NCBI GenBank assembly: GCA_963662625.1
Contig: OY759726.1
Location: 224,001-288,000, forward strand
From: Nitrosopumilus sp.
GTDB taxonomy: Archaea; Thermoproteota; Nitrososphaeria; Nitrososphaerales; Nitrosopumilaceae
Length of the DNA: 64,000 nt
Direction: 5' to 3'
Shown in pieces: positions 26,660 to 36,727 of this stretch. The translations under genes were made by a program, and so were the position numbers. Each line of letters opens with the position of its first letter. Position 1 is the first letter of the stretch. The notes under the pieces are model-generated. The model worked only from the letters and a program-made list of their open reading frames with translations, was not told the DNA's origin and did no database searches.

Positions 26660-28237
26660 CTAATCCAGTGTCTTAGACATGTACGGGCCATATAACGAAT
26701 ACCCCATCCCCCGGTAGTACTCCCTGGTGCCGACCGCGCTGATCACCAGCAGCCTGCCGGCGTCAAACTCCTCCCGCGAGATCCTTTCGGCCTCCAGCAT
26801 CAGCCTCTTGCCGAGCCCCGCGTGCTGTACCGCGCCGCCCTTCTGGCCTATCCCCAGCGACCTGCCCAGCACGTGCAGCTCCCTGACGATGCACGCCCCG
26901 CCGCGGACCTCCCGCCTGTGCGCCATGGCGCTAGGCCTCCTCAGCCGCAGGTACCCGTAGATCGAGTCGGCCGAGTCCTCGAACGACAGGAACACCTCGT
27001 CTCCCCCGGAGGACTCGTAGTCGGTCCGGCGGAGCCTCGGCTCTGCGGCGCCCCTGCCCGACAGGCCGATCTCCCTGCACCTGATGCACCTGCACGCCAG
27101 GCCCTGCCTCTCCAGGTTCCGGCGCACCAGCTGCCTCAGGTTCCCCGCCCTCGGCCCCGCGATGATCTCGCCCGGCGAGATCTCCCTCTGGATCCTCATT
27201 ATGCGGACCCACCTGGGCACCTTCTTCTTCACGCTCGTGAGGACCTCGATCATCTCGTCGTCGGAATATGCCGAGTACCTCCCCTCCGCGTGGTCCCTCG
27301 CCAGCCTGGTGCCCCCCAGCACGAGCGCCGGGTAGATCTTCAGCATGTCCGGCTTGAGGTCGGCGTCAGCAAAGAGCCTCTCAAAGTCGGCGACGTCCTC
27401 CCCCGGGGTCATGGTGGGAAGGCCCGGCATCATGTGCGCCGCGACCTTGTATCCCGCGTCCTTGGACACCTGGAACGCCTCCACCACGTCGCCGTAGCCG
27501 TGCCCCCTGTTCACGATCCTGTAGACCCTCTCCCGCAGCGACTGCACGCCCACCTCCACCCGGGTGACCCCGTAGCCCAGCATCGTGTCCACGTGCTCCT
27601 TCTTGCAAAAGTCCGGCTTGGTCTCGACCGTGAGCCCCACGTTCCTGATCCTGGCCCGCTCGTTGAGCCCCTTGGCCTCCCGCAGGTCCCTCGAGACGGT
27701 GCCGTTCAGCGCGTCATAGCACGACTTTATGAAGCCCTCCCGGTAGTCTGCCGGCATGAACAGGAACGTGCCGCCGACGATCACCAGCTCCATCTTCCCG
27801 GGGTCGTGCCCCAGCGCCACCAGCCTCTCGATCTTTTCGGCGATCTGCAGCCCGGGGTCGTACCCGTGCCCCATTGCGCTTACCGTCGACGGCTCGTTCC
27901 CGGTGTAGCTGTTGGGCGAGTTGGACTCGGCCCCGCCCGGGCAGTACGTGCACCTCCCGTGCGGGCACGCGTACGGCTTTGGCATCAGAGCCACCACCGC
28001 CACGCCCGACGCCGTCTTTACCGGCCTCGTCACCAGGACCCGCCTCAGCCTCGCGAACTCCGGCCCGCTCGCCGCCGAGAGGATCTCTCGGTTCCCCGGG
28101 ATCCTGTCCAGGGAGTACTTTGCGCACGCCCTCTTGATCTCCTCCCTGACCCGCCTCCCCGTCGGCCTGCCGGCTGCGAGCAGCCCCCTCACTATCTCGC
28201 CGCACGCCATGGAGAATGCCGCGTCCCGCCCGCCCAT
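26660..28237 (-). CDS. elp3: Elp3 tRNA U34 acetyltransferase (radical SAM + GNAT)
   Basis: CPHGRCTYCPGG, VRELHVLG, QHAGLGKRL, VISAVGTREYY. Confidence 0.95.
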   Translation of the reverse strand: MGGRDAAFSMACGEIVRGLLAAGRPTGRRVREEIKRACAKYSLDRIPGNREILSAASGPEFARLRRVLVTRPVKTASGVAVVALMPKPYACPHGRCTYCPGGAESNSPNSYTGNEPSTVSAMGHGYDPGLQIAEKIERLVALGHDPGKMELVIVGGTFLFMPADYREGFIKSCYDALNGTVSRDLREAKGLNERARIRNVGLTVETKPDFCKKEHVDTMLGYGVTRVEVGVQSLRERVYRIVNRGHGYGDVVEAFQVSKDAGYKVAAHMMPGLPTMTPGEDVADFERLFADADLKPDMLKIYPALVLGGTRLARDHAEGRYSAYSDDEMIEVLTSVKKKVPRWVRIMRIQREISPGEIIAGPRAGNLRQLVRRNLERQGLACRCIRCREIGLSGRGAAEPRLRRTDYESSGGDEVFLSFEDSADSIYGYLRLRRPSAMAHRREVRGGACIVRELHVLGRSLGIGQKGGAVQHAGLGKRLMLEAERISREEFDAGRLLVISAVGTREYYRGMGYSLYGPYMSKTLD

Positions 28238-28308
28238 GCGCAACCATGCCGGGCTGGACATAAATTCGTTAGACCCGGCCGCGCGCGCCGGCGCCGGCCC
28301 CCCGCGGC

Positions 28309-29559
28309 CTATTTTTGGCCCGGCTCGACCGCCTCGGCGGAGCCCTCGCCGCGGGCCTGCTCCTTCCTGTACTCCATCTTCAGCCAGATCGGAGTGATTA
28401 TCGTGGTCACCGCCACCATGATCACGATCGTGGAATACACGCTGGACGTCAGGACGCCGGCGGTCACCCCCACCCCGGCCACTATCAGCCCGACCTCGCC
28501 GCGGGATATCATCCCTATGCCCACGCGCATGCCCTGGGCCCTGTTCTTCAGGAACAGTATCGACGGCAGGCCGCACCCGAACAGCTTCGTGACTATGGCT
28601 ATGACTATTATGATCCCGCTCATCATCAGTATCTCCAGGTTGACCGCCCTCAGGTCCACCTGCGCCCCGATTATCGCGAAGAACAGCGGCGCGAATATCA
28701 GGCCGATCTTCTCGATGAAGTTCTCCACCTTCTCGAACACCTTGGTGGTGGACAGCGCCATGCCCACGGCGAACGCGCCCACGATCGGCGACAGGCCTAG
28801 CAGGCCGGCCAGCGCGGCGGCCCCGAAGAACGACGCCGTGGCTATCCCCTCCACGCTGCCCTTGGCCTTCCACAGCCGGGGCGTGATGATGCGCGGCATC
28901 ACCACCACCGCGACCAGCAGCATCACGGCAAAGAATCCCAGGACCTCGAGGATCGTGATGGTGACGTCCGTGATGTTTATGCTTTCCAGGCCGCCGCCGT
29001 CGCCCCCGGCGATGGACGTCACCACCGACAGCACCGCGATGGCCAGGATGTCGTCGACCACCGCCGCGCCTATTATGAGGCGCGCCTCCGGGGTCTTGAG
29101 CTTCCCGAACTCGTTGAGCACCTGGATCGAGATGGCTATGCTCGTCGCGGTGAGCGCCGTGGCGATCATCATCGACTGCAGCGCGTCGAACCCGAACGCC
29201 TGGAAGACCAGCAGGCCCACGAAGAACGGCACCACCACGCCCAGCGTCCCCACCGTGAACGACGCCTTGCCCCCGCGGATGAACTCCCTCGGGGTCATCT
29301 CCAGGCCCGCCATGAACAGTATCACGATCGCGCCGATCTCGCCGAGCACCCTTATCTGCTCGCCGATCTGTATGATCTGCTTGCCGTCCACCACGAGGAA
29401 CGAGCCCAGCGCGAACGGGCCGACGATCATGCCGGCCAGGAGCTCCCCGAGGACTATCGGGAGCTTCAGCCTCAGGAACAGCTCCGCCATCAGCTTCGCC
29501 GCAAAGAGAAGGATTCCCACCTCTATGATCGTCTCTATGAAATGCGCCTCGGAAGCCAA
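28309..29559 (-). CDS. Cation:proton antiporter (CPA2/NapA-like)
   Basis: TATSIAI, GAAVVDDI, GMISRGEV; many TM helices. Confidence 0.92.
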   Translation of the reverse strand: MASEAHFIETIIEVGILLFAAKLMAELFLRLKLPIVLGELLAGMIVGPFALGSFLVVDGKQIIQIGEQIRVLGEIGAIVILFMAGLEMTPREFIRGGKASFTVGTLGVVVPFFVGLLVFQAFGFDALQSMMIATALTATSIAISIQVLNEFGKLKTPEARLIIGAAVVDDILAIAVLSVVTSIAGGDGGGLESINITDVTITILEVLGFFAVMLLVAVVVMPRIITPRLWKAKGSVEGIATASFFGAAALAGLLGLSPIVGAFAVGMALSTTKVFEKVENFIEKIGLIFAPLFFAIIGAQVDLRAVNLEILMMSGIIIVIAIVTKLFGCGLPSILFLKNRAQGMRVGIGMISRGEVGLIVAGVGVTAGVLTSSVYSTIVIMVAVTTIITPIWLKMEYRKEQARGEGSAEAVEPGQK

Positions 29560-29689
29560 CTTTTCTGTTCTTGGGGGAGGCCTGCCACATATAAGGTATG
29601 CCTGCGCCCGCGGCGCGGGGCGCCCGGCCCGGGCGGCTGTCCGCCCCGCGCCATCAAGTTTTATATGCGCAGGGGGAGTAGACAACAGC

Positions 29690-30064
29690 ATGGACGACTT
29701 TGAGAAGGAGTACCCCGGCTTTGACTGGAAGAACACGCCGGCGTACAAGCACCCCGGCGGCAAGGACTGCCCGTGCCCGAAGCACGAGTACATCAGGGAG
29801 CAGATCAACTTTACAAAGCAGGTCAACCAGAAGGGGGGCGATCCGGCGAAGGTCACCCTGAGGTTCTGCCCCGACCACTACCGGGTGTACATGGACGAGG
29901 TGATTCCCGCGATGCCGCTAAAGTACAAACTCCTGACCAAGATCGCGCTGAAGATCGGGGCGATCCACGTCGAGCAGCTGAAGTACATGGAGTCCGAGAG
30001 GTGCTTCTACTGCAGGTTCGGCTCCGGCGGCCACGACAGGAAGACCGAGCTTCCCCCCGTGTAG
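29690..30064 (+). CDS. Conserved hypothetical Cys-rich protein
   Basis: TATA upstream; CPCPKH, FCPDH, CFYC. Confidence 0.7.
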   Translation: MDDFEKEYPGFDWKNTPAYKHPGGKDCPCPKHEYIREQINFTKQVNQKGGDPAKVTLRFCPDHYRVYMDEVIPAMPLKYKLLTKIALKIGAIHVEQLKYMESERCFYCRFGSGGHDRKTELPPV

Positions 30065-30092
30065 GGGCGCCGCCGGAAGGCCCGGGCGCCGG

Positions 30093-30323
30093 TCACAGTG
30101 GGCCCAGCAGTATCTTCGGCTTGTTGGGGGTGTCGTGGTGGCACATCTTCCCGCACACCGGGCACCGCCTCCTGTCAAGGAGGACGCACTGGCAGATGTG
30201 CGAGTCCAGGTAGGATTTGGCGGGCTTGTTGGGCTCGCCCGTGCCGTTGCAGAACGGGCACTGCGAGCCGAGCAGCTTGATCACCCCGTCGCCATCGCAG
30301 ACCGCGCACCCGTCACCTGCCAA
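30093..30323 (-). CDS. Small Zn-finger (DnaJ-CXXCXGXG-like) protein
   Basis: CAVCDGDG, CPFCNGTG, CPVC. Confidence 0.7.
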   Translation of the reverse strand: MAGDGCAVCDGDGVIKLLGSQCPFCNGTGEPNKPAKSYLDSHICQCVLLDRRRCPVCGKMCHHDTPNKPKILLGPL

Positions 30324-30446
30324 CGCCGCTTCTGCCAGGCGGCGGCATTAAAATGCATTGGGCCCCGGCCCGCGCCGGATCCGCCCGGGGGGACGCGGCC
30401 GGGCCCCATTGAGAACAAATTTAAGAAATTCCGCCCCACCGCAGAC

Positions 30447-31007
30447 ATGGAGCGCTACATGGTCCACCTGGGGAACGAGGGGCACGGCCCGGAGGACTCG
30501 CGCCGCCTGGTCCGCAGGGCGAGGGAGCTCTGCTCGGGCATGCAGGCATCCGTGAGGGTCGCCCGCGTGGCAAGCGGCTTCGTGGAGCTCGACGTGGGCG
30601 TGGATGCCGGGGACCTCGACGCGCTGATAGAGAGGCTGGCCCCCATCGGGGGCCTGCTCAACGCCAGGCACGTCGTCGAGGAGGACGTCAGCAAGGAGGA
30701 CGGCATCAGGGACGGCGTGTTCTATTTCAACAACGAGCGGTTCTGGGAGTGCCACGAGGCGTTCGAGGGCGTGTGGAACAAGTGCATCGGGAGGGAGAAG
30801 GACCTCGTCCAGGGGATCATCCTGGTAGCCGTGGCCTTTGCGCACGGCCAGAAGAACGATCCCCAGATAGGCATCGGGATGCTGTCCCGCGCGCTGGAGA
30901 AGCTCGGCGACTCCCCCTCGGTGTACAACGGGATAGATGTCGACATGATCCGCAGCAAGAGCGAGGAGATGCGGAGGGCCAACGAGCTCTCCAGGTTCAG
31001 GATCTGA
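30447..31007 (+). CDS. DUF309 domain protein
   Basis: FNNERFWECHEAFEGVW. Confidence 0.85.
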   Translation: MERYMVHLGNEGHGPEDSRRLVRRARELCSGMQASVRVARVASGFVELDVGVDAGDLDALIERLAPIGGLLNARHVVEEDVSKEDGIRDGVFYFNNERFWECHEAFEGVWNKCIGREKDLVQGIILVAVAFAHGQKNDPQIGIGMLSRALEKLGDSPSVYNGIDVDMIRSKSEEMRRANELSRFRI

Positions 31008-32274
31008 TCAGGTCCAGCGCCGCCGGCACCACGTCGGCCCCCATGAGCGTCCCCATCCGGCCCCTCGCGGCCTGGGCCTCGGTCATCCTGGTGGTCCCGT
31101 CGTTCCCCACGCGGTCGCCCGAGACCAGCACCGGCACGGGGTCGTCGCTGTGCCCCTTGCTGATGCACGGCGTCGAGTGGTCCGCCGACACCACCACTGC
31201 CACCCTCGCCGGATCGGTGTTGTCCATGAGCGTCCCGAAGAACCGGCGGTCGATCTCCTCGATGTTCCTGGTCTTTCCCTCCGCGTCCCCGTCGTGGCCG
31301 AACTCGTCCGGCCCCTTCAGGTGCACGTAGATCGCGTTCTGCGTCTCCATGGACGCCGCGGCCACCCTCGCCTTCTCCTCGTAGTCGGCCAGGCCGCCCG
31401 CCTCAAACGCCCTCATCTTCAGGACCTTGGAGATGCCCACCTCCACCGGCATGTCCACGATGCACGAAAAGTCCATGGAGTACTTCTCGTTGATCGGCTG
31501 CACCACGGGGTACCGGTTTCCCGCGTCCCTCAGCAGGATGCAGCTGAGCGGCTTCCTGCCCTCCTCCTCCCGCCGGCGGTTGATCGGGCTCTCCGCCATT
31601 ATCCCGATCGACTGCCTGTTGAACTCGTTTACCATCTCCGAGGCCAGCGCGGCGGCCCGGCCCTCCTCCAGCGGCAGGCACCGCTCGATCCTGAGGCAGT
31701 CCCCCACGGCCTTGGCCACCCCCATCCCGCCGATGTTGGTGTACGCGGGGTCCGTGTTGGTGATCCTCGACGAGAGCCCCGACTCCGAGCGTATCCTCAC
31801 TGTGACCCTGTGCCCTATCGTGGGCGTGACTGCGACGGATGACCCGGGCCACGGGAGGCGCACTTTCTCCTCCAGCTCCCTGGCCATCCCCAGCGCGTCG
31901 TCCCTCCCTATGCGCCTGCCGGCCCTCCTGTCCACGATCACGCCGTCCCCGTCCAGGGTGGCGTAGTTGCCGCGCAGCGCCAGGTCGCCGTCCCTGAAGT
32001 CGATCCCCACGCCCACGGCCTCGATCACCCCCCTGCCCGCGTAGTCGGCGTGGTTGAACCTGTAGCCCAGCATGTTGAACACCGCGATGTCGGACTCGGG
32101 GGCGATGCCCTTCCCCACCGAGATCACCTGGCCGGAGGCCCCGTTCCTCGCGAGCCCGTCCAGGGACGGCGTGGATGCGGCCTCGAGCGGGGTCCTCCCG
32201 CCCAGGTCCGGGTGCGGCAGGTCCCCGACCCCGTCCAGCAGCACGTAGACCATGCGAACGTCAGAGTTATCCAA
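30997..32274 (-). CDS. apgM: 2,3-bisphosphoglycerate-independent phosphoglycerate mutase (archaeal type)
   Basis: LLDGVGD, TPLEAA, PESD, HLKGPDEFGHDG, ADHSTP, HSDDPVP. Confidence 0.92.
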   Translation of the reverse strand: MDNSDVRMVYVLLDGVGDLPHPDLGGRTPLEAASTPSLDGLARNGASGQVISVGKGIAPESDIAVFNMLGYRFNHADYAGRGVIEAVGVGIDFRDGDLALRGNYATLDGDGVIVDRRAGRRIGRDDALGMARELEEKVRLPWPGSSVAVTPTIGHRVTVRIRSESGLSSRITNTDPAYTNIGGMGVAKAVGDCLRIERCLPLEEGRAAALASEMVNEFNRQSIGIMAESPINRRREEEGRKPLSCILLRDAGNRYPVVQPINEKYSMDFSCIVDMPVEVGISKVLKMRAFEAGGLADYEEKARVAAASMETQNAIYVHLKGPDEFGHDGDAEGKTRNIEEIDRRFFGTLMDNTDPARVAVVVSADHSTPCISKGHSDDPVPVLVSGDRVGNDGTTRMTEAQAARGRMGTLMGADVVPAALDLIRS

Positions 32275-32396
32275 TCCCTTGCAGCTCCTGCCTTCCAAGG
32301 CTCCGCGGCTCTCCTTTAAAGCTTGCAAAACGCGGCGCGCCGCGCCGCGCGGCGGCGAGAAAACGTTTTTACGCGCAGCGGTGGCCCTGACTAGTT

Positions 32397-33419
32397 ATGG
32401 GCGGCATGCGCAAGGACTACGTTTCCGAGCGGTTCATGATCGTGTCCAAGAGTAACGGCATGGCGGCCGATCCCAAAAAGTCCCCGTACGCCCCCGGGAA
32501 CGAGGCGCTGACCAACCCCTCCGTCCTGTCGCTCGTCGCCAAGGACGGCATGCTGCAGAGGCTGCAGGACAGCGACGACGACTACGTGAAGGGGTGGATG
32601 ATCCGGGTGTTCGAAAGCAAGGACCCCATAGTCTCGGTCAACGCCGAGAACACCTACAGCGACGGGCCCCACTACAGCGAGCCGGCGTACGGGTACCACT
32701 ACGTCGTCGTGGCGTCCCCCAACGAGAAGGACACGTTTGCCACCATCGACGCCGAGCAGTGGTCGAACGTCCTGGTGGTGATCCAGGAGAGGCTGCGGTG
32801 GCTCTACACCCAGAAGGGCGTCACCTACGTGGCCATCTACGCCGACCACGGCGAGCTGGCCGGCGGCGGGAACCCCCACCCGCACCTCAACATAGTCACG
32901 TTCTCCACCATCCCGCCGATCATCGAGGAGGAGGCGGAGTCCTCGCACAGGATCCTAAACGAGCTCGGGGTGTGCGCCATGTGCCAGACGGTGCAGAAGG
33001 AGATCAACGAGCCGGCCGACAGGCAGATACTCAAGACCGAGGGGTTCGTCGCGTTCTGCCCGTGGTCCCCGTCGCACCCGTACGAGTTCTGGATCGCCCC
33101 GAAGAAGCACACCACCAGCTTCTCCAAGATCACCCAGAAGGAGATCAACGACCTGGCCCTGATCATGAGGGCCACCCTGGGCGGGCTTGCCAAGGCCGTC
33201 AAGGGGGTGTCCTACAGCCTGGCATTCCACCTGTCACCCGAGAAGAAGAACCGCAGGCAGATCCACTGGCACATCGAGGTGTACCCCATAACAAAGCCGC
33301 AGTCGGGCATGGAGCGCGGCTACGGCATATTCCTCAACGACGTCTACCCCGAGCAGGTGGCCGAGGAGCTCGGCGCCGCCTGCAGGAGGGAGCTGGCCAA
33401 CCTGGTCGGGATAGAATAG
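32397..33419 (+). CDS. galT: Galactose-1-phosphate uridylyltransferase family
   Basis: PGNE, HPH motif, HWHIEVYP. Confidence 0.85.
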   Translation: MGGMRKDYVSERFMIVSKSNGMAADPKKSPYAPGNEALTNPSVLSLVAKDGMLQRLQDSDDDYVKGWMIRVFESKDPIVSVNAENTYSDGPHYSEPAYGYHYVVVASPNEKDTFATIDAEQWSNVLVVIQERLRWLYTQKGVTYVAIYADHGELAGGGNPHPHLNIVTFSTIPPIIEEEAESSHRILNELGVCAMCQTVQKEINEPADRQILKTEGFVAFCPWSPSHPYEFWIAPKKHTTSFSKITQKEINDLALIMRATLGGLAKAVKGVSYSLAFHLSPEKKNRRQIHWHIEVYPITKPQSGMERGYGIFLNDVYPEQVAEELGAACRRELANLVGIE

Positions 33420-33460
33420 GGCCTGAATGGTTTATTTATCAACCGGGCCGCGTATCTGTC

Positions 33461-33901
33461 ATGGCGCTTGAAAAGTGGGCCGCGGTGGCCAGCCTGGGGC
33501 TGTTTGCCATGTTCGCCGGGGAGATGGCGTCCATATACAACTTCATGGCCGACCCCCCCGAGGACTTTGAGTTCGGCATCGTGTTTGAGGCAGACCCGAA
33601 GATCCTCCAGTTCATCTCCATCGGGGTGGCGCCAGGGGCGATCCTGGCCGCGCTGTCGTACATACTGTCCAGGCGCTTTGGCTCGAGGCAGAACGGCATG
33701 CTGCTGGTCGCCGGCGGCGCCGTCATGCTTGCCGGGATGGCGTACTGCCACGCGCTGCTGGACGGCATAGGGGAGCAGTTCGTCACCGGCGCGGTCACGG
33801 CTGCCCCCCCGGTGTTCATGGCCGTGTCCGCCGCCGTGATCGGCGTGGGGCTGAAGCTGACCAGGACGAGGAAGAGACGCCCCAGGAAGGAGTACTTTTA
33901 G
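33461..33901 (+). CDS. Membrane protein
   Basis: Four TM segments; basic tail. Confidence 0.75.
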   Translation: MALEKWAAVASLGLFAMFAGEMASIYNFMADPPEDFEFGIVFEADPKILQFISIGVAPGAILAALSYILSRRFGSRQNGMLLVAGGAVMLAGMAYCHALLDGIGEQFVTGAVTAAPPVFMAVSAAVIGVGLKLTRTRKRRPRKEYF

Positions 33902-34335
33902 CGGTGATCGAACCTCATCGCGTTTGCGGCGCGCCGGAACCCCAGCAGCTCGTAGAACGGCATCACCTCGTCGGAGCAGTCCAGCACCGTCTTGTAGCAG
34001 CCCGCGGACTCGGCGTACTCTAGCGCGCCCCTCACGAGCTTCTCCCCTATCCCCAGCCTCTGGTGCCTGGCGTTCACCGCGACGTCCTCGATGTGCGCGG
34101 CCTTCCCGCCGCCGTGGATGAACTTCTGCTCCACCAGGACGGTGGCGCACGCGACCACCCTCCCGTCAAGCTCCGCCACCAGGACGGCGTGGCCGGCGCC
34201 GGAGCTGATCTTCCCGAATATCTCCGCGGCCGCCTCGTCTCCCAGGCCGCTTGCGTCCCGCAGCGAATCAAGCGACGACAGGAACCCGTTCCGGAGGTCG
34301 TCCCGCCGGAGCTCCCTGATCTTTATGCCCGCCAT
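33898..34335 (-). CDS. GNAT acetyltransferase, glucosamine-6-phosphate N-acetyltransferase (GNA1)-like
   Basis: EQKFIH, HIEDVAV, YKTVLDC. Confidence 0.88.
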   Translation of the reverse strand: MAGIKIRELRRDDLRNGFLSSLDSLRDASGLGDEAAAEIFGKISSGAGHAVLVAELDGRVVACATVLVEQKFIHGGGKAAHIEDVAVNARHQRLGIGEKLVRGALEYAESAGCYKTVLDCSDEVMPFYELLGFRRAANAMRFDHR

Positions 34336-34338
34336 GCC

Positions 34339-35040
34339 TCAGACGCCGCCCAGCCTCCTGATGCGGTCCCGGCTGGCCCTCCTGTAGGATTCCTTGTCCC
34401 CGATGTCCGTGAACCCCCTCCTCGAGACGAACCCGGTGACCAGCATCTTGCGCGCGATGGCCGCCCTTATGACCCTGTCCATCCCGTACGGCCTGCCCCC
34501 GGGTATGAGGTCCAGCACCTCCGGCTCCATCACGTAGCAGCCCATGTTGACGTTCGCCCGCACCTCCGGCTTTTCGTTCCATCCCGTCACCCTGCCCGAC
34601 CTGGCAGTCTCGATGACCCCGTACGGCATGCTGGCCTTGTGCTCGTAAATCCCCATCGTCACCGCGGCCCCCTTCTTCTTGTGCAGGGCCACCATCCTCC
34701 GCAGGCTGAAGTTGTAGAGGGAGTCCCCGTACATGCAGACGAAGCTGCCGTCGATGAACTCCTGCGCGGTCTTGAGCTGGCCGGCGGTCGCCAGCGGCCT
34801 GTCTGACACGGCGTACTCGATCTCCACCCCGAACCTCCTCCCGTCCTCGAAGTAGTCCTCGATGGCCCTCCTCAGGTAGCTGACGCAGAGGACCAGCGAC
34901 CTTATCCCGCTCCTCCGCGTCCAGTCCACCAGGTGCTCCAGGACGGGCTTCTCCCCCAGCGGCAGCATGGGCTTTGGCAGGAACATGGTGTACGGCAGGA
35001 GCCTTGTGCCCAGGCCCCCCGCGAGGACCACCGCTTTCAC
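34339..35040 (-). CDS. Sugar-phosphate nucleotidyltransferase
   Basis: LAGGLGTRL..PKPM. Confidence 0.9.
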   Translation of the reverse strand: MKAVVLAGGLGTRLLPYTMFLPKPMLPLGEKPVLEHLVDWTRRSGIRSLVLCVSYLRRAIEDYFEDGRRFGVEIEYAVSDRPLATAGQLKTAQEFIDGSFVCMYGDSLYNFSLRRMVALHKKKGAAVTMGIYEHKASMPYGVIETARSGRVTGWNEKPEVRANVNMGCYVMEPEVLDLIPGGRPYGMDRVIRAAIARKMLVTGFVSRRGFTDIGDKESYRRASRDRIRRLGGV

Positions 35041-35070
35041 GTGGGTTGTTTGCGGCGTGGGTATTTATGT

Positions 35071-36417
35071 TCACGCGGGCGCCGTCCCCCCGCGCGGGGC
35101 GCCCGCCGGCCGGGCCAGCGCCCGCCTCAGCTTCCCGGCGACGTCCGCGGGGTTCCTGCCAAAGACTATCATCATGGGCTCCTTTCCAAAGTCCCCCCTG
35201 TGGAATACCGCGTCGGGCGCCCTCCTCGATCCCCTCACCGCGTGCCCGACCCCCCACCGCACGGACCCGCCCTCGGACCCCTTCACCGCCGCGGGCTCGG
35301 CGGCCCGGTCGTAGGACAGGACGACCATCCCGGACTCCCTCATCCGCGAGACGGTGCCCTCCCGGAGCCTTATGTTGACCGCCGAGCGCAGCGACGGGAA
35401 CCTCCCGCTTGCCGCCAGCACCGCAGACGCCACGTGCCTCGAGCCGCCGTACTTGAGGTCCCCCGCCACCACCGCGCGCCTCCCGGACCGCACGATCCTC
35501 CCCTCCACACCCATCACGTCGCCTGCCGACGCCGGGGAGGGCCTGGAGAACACGAAGTTCGTCTGGCATTCCGGGATCTCCCTGTACACCCCCCTGATCC
35601 CCACGAACTCGCGTATCCCGCCGCGCAGCTCGTCGCGTATGCGGTCTCCGCCGGCGGGCATCGTCACGCGCTCCCCCCGGCCCGCCTTCTCCGAGCCCCT
35701 GATCGACTCGTACGCGAACCGCTGCGAGAACCGCGCGGCTGCCTCCACGGGCATCCCGCACGCCAGGGAGTGGCAGAGCGCCACGGAGTAGTTGCACCCT
35801 CCCCCGTGGCCGGTCCTGCGGATCTTCCTGCGGGAGAGGCAGAGCCCCCTGCCTCCCGTCAGGACGTAGTCGGTCACCCTGCCCTCCGCGACCTCCAGCC
35901 CCGTGATCACGGCGCTTTCTGCCCCCATGCCGCAGAGCGCCTCGGCGGCCTCCCTCGCGGATCCCACCGAGTCGATCTCGGAGCCCGTCAGGAACTCCGC
36001 CTCGAACCTGTTGGGGGTGACCACCGTGGACAGCGGCAGCAGGAGCCTCTTCAGGTCGGCGGCGGCCCGCCTCCTGATCAGCATGCCCCCGGTGGTGGAC
36101 CTTACCACGGGATCCAGGACGGTCGGCAGGCCCCTGCCCTCCAGCTCCCCGCTGACGGCCCGGATGACGTCCCGGCTGTACACCATCCCCACCTTTACCG
36201 CGTCCACGTCAAAGTCAGAGAAGACCATCCCGAGCTGCCTCGCCATGGTCCTGGCCGACACCGGTTCCACGCCGCCGAACCTGGACGTGTTCTGGCTGGT
36301 TACCCCCGTGACCGCCGTGAGGCAGTGCGCGCCAAGCGACACGCACGACCTCACGTCTCCCTGTATCCCCGCGCCCGATGACGGATCGGATCCCCCGATG
36401 GACAGTATGTTGAGCAT
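35071..36417 (-). CDS. thiD: Bifunctional HMP/HMP-P kinase + thiamine-phosphate synthase ThiN
   Basis: GSDPSSGAGIQ, VVTPN, HGGGC; C-term IPECQTN..GGSRHVA..FGKEPM. Confidence 0.92.
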   Translation of the reverse strand: MLNILSIGGSDPSSGAGIQGDVRSCVSLGAHCLTAVTGVTSQNTSRFGGVEPVSARTMARQLGMVFSDFDVDAVKVGMVYSRDVIRAVSGELEGRGLPTVLDPVVRSTTGGMLIRRRAAADLKRLLLPLSTVVTPNRFEAEFLTGSEIDSVGSAREAAEALCGMGAESAVITGLEVAEGRVTDYVLTGGRGLCLSRRKIRRTGHGGGCNYSVALCHSLACGMPVEAAARFSQRFAYESIRGSEKAGRGERVTMPAGGDRIRDELRGGIREFVGIRGVYREIPECQTNFVFSRPSPASAGDVMGVEGRIVRSGRRAVVAGDLKYGGSRHVASAVLAASGRFPSLRSAVNIRLREGTVSRMRESGMVVLSYDRAAEPAAVKGSEGGSVRWGVGHAVRGSRRAPDAVFHRGDFGKEPMMIVFGRNPADVAGKLRRALARPAGAPRGGTAPA

Positions 36418-36476
36418 CCCGTGACTAGGGCCACGGGCGCGGTTTTCTTAAATTTTTCACCTGCGGATCTCCTGGC

Positions 36477-36572
36477 TCACGACGACTCCCTGGCGCAGGA
36501 AAACGAGCAAAAGTTGTCATCCATGCTCTGGAACTCCCTCCCGCAGTGCAGGCAATTCCTCAGGGTCCTCAT
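36477..36572 (-). CDS. Zn-finger microprotein (31 aa)
   Basis: CLHCGREF...FCSFSC; TATA upstream. Confidence 0.5.
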   Translation of the reverse strand: MRTLRNCLHCGREFQSMDDNFCSFSCARESS

Positions 36573-36727
36573 CACGGAATTAGGCCCCCGCTGCCATATA
36601 AGGCGAACGCGTCCCGCGGCGCTGGTGCCGGGGCCCCCGGGCGCGCGGGCCCCGCCGGCCGCCGGGGGCCCGGCGGCGGCCGCGCGTTCCCGCAATTGTT
36701 TAAATCAGGCCGCGCCCCAACCACGCC

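Noticed and set aside
26822-29689. Long antisense/alternate-frame ORFs (e.g. 1080 aa, 976 aa) and similar shadow ORFs throughout
   Set aside because: Stop-poor shadow frames expected at this GC, overlapping well-identified genes.
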